A stretch of DNA of 39,027 nucleotides, from positions 1 to 39,027 of the IMG/VR virus record IMGVR_UViG_3300012933_000205; one strand, written 5' to 3'. The notes under the pieces are model-generated. The model saw only the letters and a list, made by a program, of their open reading frames with translations. It ran no database searches and was not told the DNA's origin. Numbering within the stretch: position 1 is the stretch's first letter; every line of letters begins with the position of its first letter. Shown here one piece after another: positions 15,266-24,971 of the stretch. A program made the position numbers and the translations under genes. The DNA is from a virus (lineage: Duplodnaviria > Caudoviricetes).

Positions 15266-15456
15266 TCGCCTTTCGGTAATTCAGGTTGTTCAAACTGTTC
15301 TATCTTTTTTTGTAATCGTTTTTCCAAGTCAGCCATGCGCTTATCACGCCTGTCCATTTCAATGAACATTTTTGTGACAATTGGAGTGACGATGAGGACA
15401 ATTGCCAGCATCAGGCAAGCCAAACTGACAATCAATCTGTAAATGAGTTTATCCAT
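15262..15456 (-). CDS. Single-TM coiled-coil protein in lysis module
   Basis: Start MDKLIY, TM helix then charged coiled coil. Confidence 0.6.
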   Translation of the reverse strand: MDKLIYRLIVSLACLMLAIVLIVTPIVTKMFIEMDRRDKRMADLEKRLQKKIEQFEQPELPKGE

Positions 15457-16145
15457 ACGGCCCATAGCTCTAGAACGAATATCAGCGTCAGAAACACCGC
15501 CGCTGCCAGTTCTATCCTTTCCAGATGCTCCTCCTCGCGTAGCCATGAATCTTGTTGCTTTCTGATACGTTCGCGCTCACGACGAGCCGCCTGCTTCTCT
15601 TTAGCATTTTCGTATATTGCATTAAAGTTGTCCCACAATGGGCCAAGTTGAGGCGGAACATGAGCGCCGCGCATCATGCCGCTAAGTTTCATGTAAGCAC
15701 CATCCAATTCGTGCCTGATTTGAGACAGTATCAAGATGTCCCGAGGGTCTGGCCTATCCATAGCGTAGACCTCCTCAGACTTTGAATCGTATAGCTCAGA
15801 CAGCTCTCTATGGTGATGATAGAAGTCACCAACATGAGTTACAAACTGCTGGACAATCTCCGCCTCAGTTGGAATGTGTTTGACAAACACTTCCTTTTGC
15901 TTTGGTTTTGGAGTCTCTGGACTCTGCAAAACTTGTTGTGGAGCCTGTTTTGGCTTAAAGACTCCACTAATCAGCGCCCAAATGCTCTTGACCTCTTTTA
16001 CGATGGCCTGAGCATCTTCCGCTGCCTTCTTTATTTTCTGTACTTGAACCTTGCCATCCGACAAGGCTTCGCAACAGTATTGGATGCCGCTAAAAGCACC
16101 CTGCATTGCCTTGATAGCTAACCCAATTGTGATTGGGTCAAGCAC
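15432..16145 (-). CDS. Membrane-anchored hypothetical protein in lysis module
   Basis: MLDPITI N-terminus, coiled coil, C-terminal TM. Confidence 0.7.
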   Translation of the reverse strand: MLDPITIGLAIKAMQGAFSGIQYCCEALSDGKVQVQKIKKAAEDAQAIVKEVKSIWALISGVFKPKQAPQQVLQSPETPKPKQKEVFVKHIPTEAEIVQQFVTHVGDFYHHHRELSELYDSKSEEVYAMDRPDPRDILILSQIRHELDGAYMKLSGMMRGAHVPPQLGPLWDNFNAIYENAKEKQAARRERERIRKQQDSWLREEEHLERIELAAAVFLTLIFVLELWAVWINSFTD

Positions 16146-16146
16146 A

Positions 16147-16395
16147 TTACTTAAACCCGTGGTTCTTTGCGAAGTCCACTATGACATACCCCAAAGCGCA
16201 AAGCAAAAACCAAATTAAACCTGTAATGGTTTTCTCAATAATGGCCTGTCTTAACTCTAGGCTTTGAGCTTCGCGCTTGATTGCCAAACGAACCCACTGC
16301 AATTCCTCATCGGACAACTGAGGGGTGATGTGAGACTCTTTTAGAGCCTTTGTAATGTCAGCAACAAGTTCCGAGCGTTCGTCTGGAGTCATCAT
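16147..16395 (-). CDS. Small membrane protein (holin/antiholin-like position)
   Basis: C-terminal TM helix. Confidence 0.65.
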   Translation of the reverse strand: MMTPDERSELVADITKALKESHITPQLSDEELQWVRLAIKREAQSLELRQAIIEKTITGLIWFLLCALGYVIVDFAKNHGFK

Positions 16396-18917
16396 TCTTC
16401 ACCAACCAATTTGTTTACCAATGCCTCAAGTGTAGCAATTCTTTCATTTTGCTTGACCACTAATTCTGCAAGTTTGATAACAGAAACCAAAGCTGCATTG
16501 CCATAGGCAACAGACAAGATTCCATCTTCGTTTTTCAATACAGAGTTTGGAAGCAGTTTTTGCAATGACTGAGCAGAAACACCATCCTGAGTCAGTTCAA
16601 CATCAATACGGTCATAAGTACCATGCTTGATTTTTGCAAGTTGCTCAACAAAGTCATCAGAGTAACCGCGCCAGTTGATTTTCAAGGACTCGTCTGAGTT
16701 TGCGGTGACTGTGCCGCCGCAAGTTAAGTTGGTTCCGTTGAATGTTAGGTTGGCAGAGCCAGCAAATGCGCCAGAACTGTTGTATTGAACTTGAGTATTT
16801 GAACCAGCCGCAGATGCGGAAACCGTTAAGTCACCAGAACCCAACAAAGTTGTGCCGTTGACTGTCTTGATGTTTGTTCCGCTTACCAAGGTTGCTTGAA
16901 CAGCAACATCACCAGAACCAAGCAAGGATGTGCTATTCACAGTTTTAATGCTTGTTCCGCTCACCAATGCGGCCTGTTTGCCGTTAAAGGTATTCCAATC
17001 CGTAGAGGTTAAATAACCATCAATGCTAGTGGTCGCCGCCGCCATGCTGATTGCTGGAGTTGAACCGCCACTTGAAACAACAGGCGCAGTGCCAGTAACG
17101 CTAGTGACGCCACCGCTTGAGCCGTTTGATGCGGCTGTGATTCGACCTTGTGCGTCAACAGTGATGCTTGCCGCAGTGTATGAGCCAGCGGTGACTGCGG
17201 TGTTTGCCAAAGCAATCGTCACGGCGGATGAGCCGTTGTACGAAGTGCCATTCAATCCAGTTCCAATAGTCAATGCGTTTGCAACGGAGCCAGCAGAGCC
17301 AGTTGTGTTTTGGTTCCATGTAGGGATAGAACCAGACAGATTGGCGTAGGTGTAGCCAGTACAGTTTGTCAAAACGCCACTTGTCGGAGTTCCAAGCAGG
17401 GGCGTAACAAATGTCGGGCTTGTTGACAAAACAACGCTACCAGAACCAGTTGAGGTAGTTACGCCAGTTCCGCCATTAGCGACAGGCAAAATGCCGTTCA
17501 CACCAGTAGTCAGAGAGACTGTGTTGTTTTCCCACAGGCTTGTCGAACTGTTGTAAACAATGGTCTGTCCGTTTGATGGGGTTTGTGCGCTGACATTGTG
17601 CAACTCATCAAGTTCATATCCGTTTTGAACTTTGACTTGAATCTTGCCTTGAGTTGGATGGGCGTGAGTCACAACGCCAACGTACACCAAATGAATTGGC
17701 GCGTATGGCTTTGTGCCCGTCATAGCGCCAGCCGTAACGCCACTCAAATAAAGTTGCTCACCATCTGAATAGGCGGAAGTGTCAAGATTTGTCACTAAGC
17801 CAATGATGGTCACATAGCCATTTGAGTTGTTGGAAATGTCAGCAGTGACCAAACCTTGCGTTTGAGCAGATGTCGCGTCAGACGTTGCCAAGGCTTTTGC
17901 AATGGTAGGAAGTTGACCAATGGCCCCGTTCACATAAACGACAGTGCCTTTGGTCATTGTTGCGCCAGAACTGTTCCTGACTTGCAACAACAAGGTGGAT
18001 GCGGGAGATGCGGCAGATACAGCCAAATCAACAGCAGTGCCAACTTGACTCACCGTGATGCTTCCATCGGTAGAAGTTACGCTTGCCAATGCGCCTACGT
18101 CAGCGGCATTCAGAACGACTGTGCCTGTATAGCCATTGACAGATGTGACGGCATCGGTGTTGTCAATCTGCTCCCAAACGGAACCATTGAAAACAGCCAA
18201 GTCGCCAATACTCCAATCAGTGATGCCGTTCAAGTTGGTTGAACCCGCTACGCTTACAGCGTAGTAGTAACCTTTTGAACCAACGCTTGATGTGAGTGTT
18301 GGAGTGTTGGTAGAGGCATTCCATGTGCCTTGGTAAATCAACCCACCTTGAATCGAGGCAGGGATTTGAGACAGCGGGACAGTTCCACCAGAATCGAGCG
18401 TTGCAACACCATTTGCGGCTCCAGCAGTCAAAACCGCCGCAGTGCCAAGGCCAAGGCTTGTACGAGCATCAGAAGCGGTAGAAGCACCTGTTCCACCGTC
18501 AGCAATAGCCAAGTCAGTAATGCCAGTGATAGAGCCACCAGTAATTGTGACGCTGCTTGAGTTCTGAGTTGCAATCGAGCCAAGGCCAAGGTTTGTTCTT
18601 GCGCCAGATGCAGTTGTAGCACCTGTACCGCCAGAGGTCACTGGAACTGTGTCCAATGAAATCTGATTGGTTGTATTGTTTACAACGATTGGCGTTACGC
18701 CCGTGTAACTTGTCGCGCTGATTGGGCCAACATCAGATGTTGTTCCGTTAGTAAATTCGATTTGAAGATATTGGTCGCCGTCAATCGTTACAACAGTGAT
18801 TGACGTAATACCAACGCCAGCAACGCCACGGTCAATTGTGATGGTCTGAGTTGGAACGGGGATGAGTTCAAGGATGATGTTGTTTGCATCTTCAACTGTG
18901 ACTGAAATGTTAGCCAT
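16392..18917 (-). CDS. Tail fibre with C-terminal intramolecular chaperone (peptidase S74-like)
   Basis: Thr/Ser/Gly-rich. GGTGA.TAS.AR..LGLG and LVSGT.IKTVN...LLGSGD repeats, SDESLK autocleavage motif and terminal coiled coil. Confidence 0.85.
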   Translation of the reverse strand: MANISVTVEDANNIILELIPVPTQTITIDRGVAGVGITSITVVTIDGDQYLQIEFTNGTTSDVGPISATSYTGVTPIVVNNTTNQISLDTVPVTSGGTGATTASGARTNLGLGSIATQNSSSVTITGGSITGITDLAIADGGTGASTASDARTSLGLGTAAVLTAGAANGVATLDSGGTVPLSQIPASIQGGLIYQGTWNASTNTPTLTSSVGSKGYYYAVSVAGSTNLNGITDWSIGDLAVFNGSVWEQIDNTDAVTSVNGYTGTVVLNAADVGALASVTSTDGSITVSQVGTAVDLAVSAASPASTLLLQVRNSSGATMTKGTVVYVNGAIGQLPTIAKALATSDATSAQTQGLVTADISNNSNGYVTIIGLVTNLDTSAYSDGEQLYLSGVTAGAMTGTKPYAPIHLVYVGVVTHAHPTQGKIQVKVQNGYELDELHNVSAQTPSNGQTIVYNSSTSLWENNTVSLTTGVNGILPVANGGTGVTTSTGSGSVVLSTSPTFVTPLLGTPTSGVLTNCTGYTYANLSGSIPTWNQNTTGSAGSVANALTIGTGLNGTSYNGSSAVTIALANTAVTAGSYTAASITVDAQGRITAASNGSSGGVTSVTGTAPVVSSGGSTPAISMAAATTSIDGYLTSTDWNTFNGKQAALVSGTSIKTVNSTSLLGSGDVAVQATLVSGTNIKTVNGTTLLGSGDLTVSASAAGSNTQVQYNSSGAFAGSANLTFNGTNLTCGGTVTANSDESLKINWRGYSDDFVEQLAKIKHGTYDRIDVELTQDGVSAQSLQKLLPNSVLKNEDGILSVAYGNAALVSVIKLAELVVKQNERIATLEALVNKLVGEE

Positions 18918-18927
18918 GTCTTACCCC

Positions 18928-19410
18928 TTAAACAACCACAACACCGTCAGAACGAACCAAGAACATCAAGAAGATGATGTTGTCCTCTGCGGGAGTTGGA
19001 GATGATGCGGGGAAACCCATTTTGATTCGGCCTGTGAAGCACACAGGGTCTTGAGCGTTGATGTCCAACTCAGGGTCGCTTGAAATCAAATCCCAAGATG
19101 AGTCGTCAATCAGCAAAGTAAAAGAACCAGCGGCATCATTTCTGTTTGCGATTGTCAAAGAAACAGGGGTTGGTGTTGGAGAGTAATTGCCAACATCGAA
19201 TGTCAAACCGTTACGGGTGTCTGTGAGGTTTGTGACTGTGCGACGAACAATCTGTGCGTCAATATCAACGCCAGTCAAATTGACTGGAGTAGAACCAGAC
19301 CTTAATGTAAGGTTCCAGTATGTTTTTTGTTCCCACACCAATTCACCAGCAATGATGGGGTTGTCGAAACCGCTTACTTGCGTAAGGGTGTTTTGCGAAA
19401 AGAGTGCCAT
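18928..19410 (-). CDS. Putative fibre-attachment/baseplate-upper (BppU-N-like) protein
   Basis: TPVNLTG...AQI motif, directly upstream of fibre gene. Confidence 0.55.
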   Translation of the reverse strand: MALFSQNTLTQVSGFDNPIIAGELVWEQKTYWNLTLRSGSTPVNLTGVDIDAQIVRRTVTNLTDTRNGLTFDVGNYSPTPTPVSLTIANRNDAAGSFTLLIDDSSWDLISSDPELDINAQDPVCFTGRIKMGFPASSPTPAEDNIIFLMFLVRSDGVVVV

Positions 19411-19496
19411 TTGACATTTCCCTGAACTCAGGTTGTGACGCTCCCCATGTACTCACGGGGCTACGAATTTTATTTTGTATTGTCGCCTAAAGTCAA
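19411..19496 (-). promoter_or_regulatory. Sigma70-like promoter and structured leader
   Basis: TTGACT (19491-19496), 18 bp spacer, TAAAAT (19467-19472), then two hairpins before ATG 19410. Confidence 0.55.
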
Positions 19497-19503
19497 AATG
19501 ACT

Positions 19504-19785
19504 TCAATATTTGCCTTCTGCAAATACGTTTACAAAAACCGTTCCGTCTTCCAAAGCCTCAAGTTCATGCCATTCATTTCCAACAAGATTAACTGGTTGA
19601 GTGTATTTGGTCATCACTAATTCTTTGCCTTCTTTACGAGCCGCAAGAGAGCCAGCGTGAACCATAGTCAAATGAGAATAAGCGTGTTGATGTTTTGCAA
19701 TACCTTGACCTTTGTTAGCATGAAACACTCGCACCGTAACGCCGTCATAAGTAACGTCATGTGCAGTGCGGGCTTCTTTAATCAT
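19504..19785 (-). CDS. Cupin (RmlC-like) domain protein
   Basis: HQHAYSHLTMV..GS...WHELEALEDGTVFVNVF. Confidence 0.8.
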   Translation of the reverse strand: MIKEARTAHDVTYDGVTVRVFHANKGQGIAKHQHAYSHLTMVHAGSLAARKEGKELVMTKYTQPVNLVGNEWHELEALEDGTVFVNVFAEGKY

Positions 19786-20042
19786 AAAGTCTGAGCGCCT
19801 GTACTTACAGGCTGCGTAGGTTCCTCAGGCTTAGGAGGCTCAACAAACTGACCTTCAAGGTAAGACCAGCCAATGCCACACGCACTCCACTCACCTGAAA
19901 CACCTTCTTCTGGGATTACAGCAATAGCAAAACCTTGCGCTGGAAAATCAGGCAAAGAATCAACGATTGCATCATCAATCAAAACAACGTTTTCAACAAG
20001 ACCTGTCTCAACACTGTAATAAGCGTAATTATGTAAAGTCAT
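19782..20042 (-). CDS. Small tail-fibre-associated protein
   Basis: YA....G.VENVV...IGWSY..GQF..P motif typical of genes following fibre genes. Confidence 0.6.
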   Translation of the reverse strand: MTLHNYAYYSVETGLVENVVLIDDAIVDSLPDFPAQGFAIAVIPEEGVSGEWSACGIGWSYLEGQFVEPPKPEEPTQPVSTGAQTL

Positions 20043-20051
20043 TTTTATTCC

Positions 20052-20852
20052 TTAATAGCAAGTAACTACGATGCGACCAGCGGCACCGTTGTAAGCGTTT
20101 GTGTTTGCATTAAAAGAAAAACCACCACCGCCACCGGGGGCTGTGCCAGCAGCGCCTTTACCGCCGTTACCACCGTGGACAGACAAACCATAATTAGAAG
20201 CCGTGGTTGATGTACCTCCAGCCCCGCCGCCCCATACAGAACTACCAGCGCCGTAATATTGATCCATACCTGAACCACCGCCATGCCAAAAACCACCATT
20301 GCCAAAGTTACCATACACGCCACCTTCGGTTGCGGCAGAGCCTGTGCAAACACCGTAATTTCCAGTTAGCATAACTGGATTACCACCCCAAACGTAGCCG
20401 CTTGCATTGCTACTGCCAGCACTTAATTGTCCACCGCCACTAGCGCCTCCACTAGTAATACCAGCGCCACCACCATAAGCGGCAACGGAAGTTAAACCAT
20501 CCCACGCAGTTGCCAAAGCAAAAGATGAGTTACCGCCAGCAGTCCCATTTCCAGCAGTAGAAATTTTCCCTGTACCGCCAGCACCAACAGTGGCGGTAAC
20601 AGTAGAGGCTAAATATGAAATTGGTACTGTAACTTCGTTATATGCTCCACCGCCTCCGCCACAAGCATCTAAGGCACTAGCACTACGAGCGCCGCCACCA
20701 CCTCCACCCCATACTTGAATACGGGCCATTGCGTAGCCAGTTGGCTTAGTCCATGTGCCGGTAGAGTTAAATGTTTGTACGTTGGGCGTGTTGTTGGCTT
20801 TTGTCGAGCCATCACTAAACGCTACGCCTGTTCCATCTAAACTTGAACCCAT
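20052..20852 (-). CDS. Glycine-rich tail fibre/spike protein
   Basis: QTF.STGTWTKP...WGGGGGG...VGAGG...G..GRIVV. Confidence 0.8.
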   Translation of the reverse strand: MGSSLDGTGVAFSDGSTKANNTPNVQTFNSTGTWTKPTGYAMARIQVWGGGGGGARSASALDACGGGGGAYNEVTVPISYLASTVTATVGAGGTGKISTAGNGTAGGNSSFALATAWDGLTSVAAYGGGAGITSGGASGGGQLSAGSSNASGYVWGGNPVMLTGNYGVCTGSAATEGGVYGNFGNGGFWHGGGSGMDQYYGAGSSVWGGGAGGTSTTASNYGLSVHGGNGGKGAAGTAPGGGGGFSFNANTNAYNGAAGRIVVTCY

Positions 20853-20863
20853 TACTTCTCTCC

Positions 20864-21214
20864 TTATGGTTGCGCGGTAATTACACCAGCAGATGTGATA
20901 TTTGCAACAACTGTACCGTTGTATTTGAAAACAAGACTTGAGCCGGATTGCTCAATAGTCCAATTGAGTGTTGTGAAACTTGAAGTGGATGTCGCTGTTG
21001 CGGCATTTCCAGTAATATCAATTCCCCAAGTTCCTGTTGCGCCAGTTCCGTCATCGGCAGGAACGCCAAGATTTCCACGGGCCGCAGATGCGGTACTTGC
21101 GCCAGTTCCGCCGTTGGCGACTGGAACAGCGTTTACCAGTCCATCAGTCGCATCAAGTTGACCTGACGAATTAAGGTTGTTTGCTAATTGTGAAAGGTTG
21201 AAAGCCTGAGTCAT
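20864..21214 (-). CDS. Short tail-fibre-like protein
   Basis: PVANGGTGASTASAAR.NLG, ITGNAATAT. Confidence 0.7.
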   Translation of the reverse strand: MTQAFNLSQLANNLNSSGQLDATDGLVNAVPVANGGTGASTASAARGNLGVPADDGTGATGTWGIDITGNAATATSTSSFTTLNWTIEQSGSSLVFKYNGTVVANITSAGVITAQP

Positions 21215-21223
21215 AGTTTTCCT

Positions 21224-24200
21224 TTAGGCAGCGCCTATTCTCGCAAAAGTTTGCTGATTCAGCAAGGTGTCATTATTGCTAAATGCCGAAGTCAAGACCC
21301 AACTTGCGGCATAGGCGTTGTAATCGTAGGTCTTGGTCAAAAGACAGCCATTTGCATAAACTTCCATTGACAATGGATTGCTATTGAATGGATAAGTCAC
21401 TTGACCAGAAACAGAATAGGCTGGATTGTTTGCAATGTTACTTGCTGGAACATCCAAGTTGTTTGGAGTGAACTGAATAATTGTCAAACGTCCAGTCATA
21501 GGAGAAGGAAACCCATCAATTGCATTGGTTGATGGATTTACGTTGTAATCAATTTCACTTATTTGAACGCCATTTACAAATATGAATTCAAAGCCATTTC
21601 TCACTTCATATTCTGTTGGCAAGAAACTTGTGATTGCAGTCACATCTTGGTCGTAACGAGTGAACGGCGCATAGTCTGAGCCAGCCGCACGATAACGATA
21701 AATTTCATTGCCAGCAGTTGCGCCAACAATAGGCGTTGTAAATGTGATTACCTTTGTTGCCTGATTCACGGATGCAACCACATACGTCAAAGGTGTGCCA
21801 ATGTTGCTAAATCCAAGAGAATCGCCAACTTGCACCTGATTCCAAGGCAATCCATCATAAGTTACAGTATTTGTGCCACTTGATGCAATCGTAATATTTA
21901 ATGGCTCGTAATACACGCTTGTACTGTTGCCACGCATATAAATGATGACAACCTTTTCATTGACCACGCAAGCCGTGTTCATCACGACTGTTGTACCAGT
22001 CTCGGTGTATTCCGAAGGGTCTAGCAATTCCCCATTACGGAACACCAAAACCCAACCAACAGTATGAGTAATGCTGAAACTTGTTTGACCAGCGGTTGCA
22101 TTGAACACATCTTCTGTGTAATAGAAATTGTCAGCCTCGGCAAAACCAATCACTCGACCATAAACGTCAATCGTTAAAGTGGCTGCATTAAATGATTTGG
22201 AATAAACACCAGCACCAAAGTTTAAAAAGTCATGCAAGTTGACTTTCATTGACCCGTCTGTGTTGTTGCTGACAGCCAAGAAGCCGTCATTCACGTTGTT
22301 GCCAGTTGCGCCAGCAATCGTAAGTTGACCTGTGCGAATGTCCAAATCAATGAAACTTTGATTCGCTCCTGTTGGGTCAAGCAATGCAGACCACTGAGTT
22401 GAGTCATACACCGAAGTGTCGCTTGGAACAAATGCACCACCCAAATTCAAATAGCCAGCATTGCCAACATTAAAACTGAACTTGCGGTTTTGACGGTTTG
22501 CATAAAGCAAATAATTGGCAGAACCAAATGATGTCGCTGCTTGATACCAAGTGTAAAGAGTTGGGTCTGTTCCGCCGTTCGCAGTGTCATTGTTGAATAA
22601 GCCATAGTACGACTTTCCGCGAGGGTCATAACTAAAACCGCTTGTTCCAGTTGCATTGTCAGCATAAGCAATTGCCAACCAACGATTTGTGTATTGGAAT
22701 GTTGTTGGTTTCCAATTGAATGAAGATGATGCTGGAGAGTAGATGCTAGTCGCAAGGTTGTTAACCATGCGAACAAAGAAGTACCAAGTTCCGTTTGGAA
22801 TGTTGTAAAGATTCACAATGCCCATTACAGCGCCGGGTTGATATGGGTTTCCAGCAGGATTTACGTCCGTTGTTCCAGCAAAAAATAATTGAGAGCCTGT
22901 TGGATTTGAATAGGCGCTATACCAAACCTCTGCATATTGCGTGATGCCATTTGAGCTACAAGTTACCTGAACCCCAAAATAAGGAATATTTGCGAATGGA
23001 GATGCAATAGTCACAGACGGAGCTGGAACAACACCAAAGAATGTCGGGTCGCCAATGCCAGTGTTATCGGCGGGAACAAACTGAGTTACATCTGCATCGC
23101 TGTAAACAGCAGCGTTGTACTCGGTAAGATTTAATTGAGCCGTAATGTTGCCATCTGCCCCATATTGCTCGGTGACTTTAATTACTCGAAATGGTTTTGC
23201 AGTCCAGCCATAGTTGGAGTTTGTTACCGTAACAATGTCGCCAGCCTCAAGCTGAATTCCCGAATAGTTCGTCTGACATTGAATCTGCAAATCTTCTCTT
23301 GCAGCTTTCAAGAACCTGTTTGCCAAAAGCTGAACACGAACATCATTGTTGACTAAATTTAAATTGATTGCTTGCTTGTTCGTTGGCTCATTGTTAAACA
23401 GCAAGGACGGGTCAATCTGAGCCAAATCATAAGTTACAGAATTAAATGAATCCTTGACCGTTCCATCTGGATATTTGCATTCAACAATGTTGTAACTATT
23501 GCTAACATCCATTGGAGAAACACTAATGCTGGAAACCATGTTGGTATCATTGATGTCCATAACCACATCAGTGGAGTCTTTTTGAACAACAACGCCCCAT
23601 TCGCTTTTTATTTCGTTGTATTTCAACAAACAATCGCAACAAGCCGACATAATTTGCAAGTTTTGCATGATTGTTTGAGTTGTATCAACTACGCCATCAA
23701 ACTTGAATCGCGCTTGAGTCGCTGTTGTCCCATCGTACTCATGGAAAGTCACAACTTCATTACCATAAGTATTTAATGCAGTCAGACTTGTCGTATTGAT
23801 TTGAGACAATGGAATAGCTGCGCCATACCGAGTCGATGTCATGTAATCAAGAAAGCAATCACCAATATCTGTACGAGAATTTGTAACTTGAAAACGAGTC
23901 TGGGCAAGATTTGTTAAACTTGCATTTTGGCTATAAACCATCTTAATAATTGCAAAAGCACAATTACTCATTAACTTATTGCCGTCCCATTGATATGTCA
24001 AACCAGAAGCCTGCATAACTTGAATGGCGCTTAAAGAAGTATTTGTCCCGCTGTTTGAGCCGTTACTGTATGTGTAAAAAAACAGCTTTCCATCAACAGA
24101 TGTATCAACAATTCCAGTTGATTCATCAAGCAAAGAAACAACACGAGTTTCATCTGTAACGTCAAAATTACACAGCTTCCCACCCCAATAAATCTTGCCA

Positions 24201-24547
24201 AATGTCATTTCATCTGGAGTTCCACCAGATTCAGTATTTGTCACTTCTGATAAAGCAAGAACATAATACAAATTTTGATTGTCTTCTGTAATACTCAAGT
24301 CAGTAATAATGCCTCCAACATATGCGGAACCATAGATTACGGGCAATTTGTTGCTGCCAGCAGGCGGAACTTGAGCGCGTGAGCCGGGATTTTTTTGACT
24401 TGGGAGTTCTCCTCCAATAGATTGACTATTTAATTGTTGACTAACAATTGAAGACGCAACAATCACAGTTGAATATGCAATGACTGCGGCTGTTGTTGCA
24501 TCAATAGCAAAAGTCTCGACTAAGTAAGTTGCTAATGCCTCAGCCAT
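21224..24547 (-). CDS. Tail tip / host-specificity protein (lambda J-like)
   Basis: LPVIYG, DYMTSTRYGA, LEAGDIVTVT...K.FRV, beta-rich C-terminal domains. Confidence 0.85.
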   Translation of the reverse strand: MAEALATYLVETFAIDATTAAVIAYSTVIVASSIVSQQLNSQSIGGELPSQKNPGSRAQVPPAGSNKLPVIYGSAYVGGIITDLSITEDNQNLYYVLALSEVTNTESGGTPDEMTFGKIYWGGKLCNFDVTDETRVVSLLDESTGIVDTSVDGKLFFYTYSNGSNSGTNTSLSAIQVMQASGLTYQWDGNKLMSNCAFAIIKMVYSQNASLTNLAQTRFQVTNSRTDIGDCFLDYMTSTRYGAAIPLSQINTTSLTALNTYGNEVVTFHEYDGTTATQARFKFDGVVDTTQTIMQNLQIMSACCDCLLKYNEIKSEWGVVVQKDSTDVVMDINDTNMVSSISVSPMDVSNSYNIVECKYPDGTVKDSFNSVTYDLAQIDPSLLFNNEPTNKQAINLNLVNNDVRVQLLANRFLKAAREDLQIQCQTNYSGIQLEAGDIVTVTNSNYGWTAKPFRVIKVTEQYGADGNITAQLNLTEYNAAVYSDADVTQFVPADNTGIGDPTFFGVVPAPSVTIASPFANIPYFGVQVTCSSNGITQYAEVWYSAYSNPTGSQLFFAGTTDVNPAGNPYQPGAVMGIVNLYNIPNGTWYFFVRMVNNLATSIYSPASSSFNWKPTTFQYTNRWLAIAYADNATGTSGFSYDPRGKSYYGLFNNDTANGGTDPTLYTWYQAATSFGSANYLLYANRQNRKFSFNVGNAGYLNLGGAFVPSDTSVYDSTQWSALLDPTGANQSFIDLDIRTGQLTIAGATGNNVNDGFLAVSNNTDGSMKVNLHDFLNFGAGVYSKSFNAATLTIDVYGRVIGFAEADNFYYTEDVFNATAGQTSFSITHTVGWVLVFRNGELLDPSEYTETGTTVVMNTACVVNEKVVIIYMRGNSTSVYYEPLNITIASSGTNTVTYDGLPWNQVQVGDSLGFSNIGTPLTYVVASVNQATKVITFTTPIVGATAGNEIYRYRAAGSDYAPFTRYDQDVTAITSFLPTEYEVRNGFEFIFVNGVQISEIDYNVNPSTNAIDGFPSPMTGRLTIIQFTPNNLDVPASNIANNPAYSVSGQVTYPFNSNPLSMEVYANGCLLTKTYDYNAYAASWVLTSAFSNNDTLLNQQTFARIGAA

Positions 24548-24971
24548 GATTCACGCCCCATGTTGTGTTGACTCGTTTCATTTGGTGTCTTTCAAAGTCT
24601 GCGTTCCCGTAGGTGCTGAAATAGAAATCAGACACCTTTTCTTCATCCACCCATTGTCTCGCAATTTTGAAATATTCACGCAACAATTCGACTTTCACTC
24701 TATCGTTCTTTCCATGCCACATGGCTTCTTGCAAAGTGAAAACGTTTGGAATCCATAGACATGGGCATTTGACTGCTACAAGCAGACCTGTCACATCCTC
24801 ATCCACAAGCACAAAGCCCCTGCCTGCGTAAATCTGAGCTAGAACTACGTCAATGTGTTCCATTGACCATTTACTCATGTCCGAAGACAAAGGATGCTGG
24901 TAAGACTTGTGAAAGTGAACCAGCAGCTCTTTTATCTTGTCGTTGTCGTGTGGGTTGGCTAATCGAATCAT
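24540..24971 (-). CDS. GNAT-fold-like protein in tail module
   Basis: MIRLA...D...I..L N-terminus, GLLVA...W.P....L.E..W. Confidence 0.5.
   Translation of the reverse strand: MIRLANPHDNDKIKELLVHFHKSYQHPLSSDMSKWSMEHIDVVLAQIYAGRGFVLVDEDVTGLLVAVKCPCLWIPNVFTLQEAMWHGKNDRVKVELLREYFKIARQWVDEEKVSDFYFSTYGNADFERHQMKRVNTTWGVNHG

Noticed and set aside
16392-24547. Diversity-generating retroelement or invertible fibre cassette
   Set aside because: No reverse transcriptase or invertase, and no adenine-specific template/variable repeat pair. The repeats seen are ordinary fibre peptide repeats.
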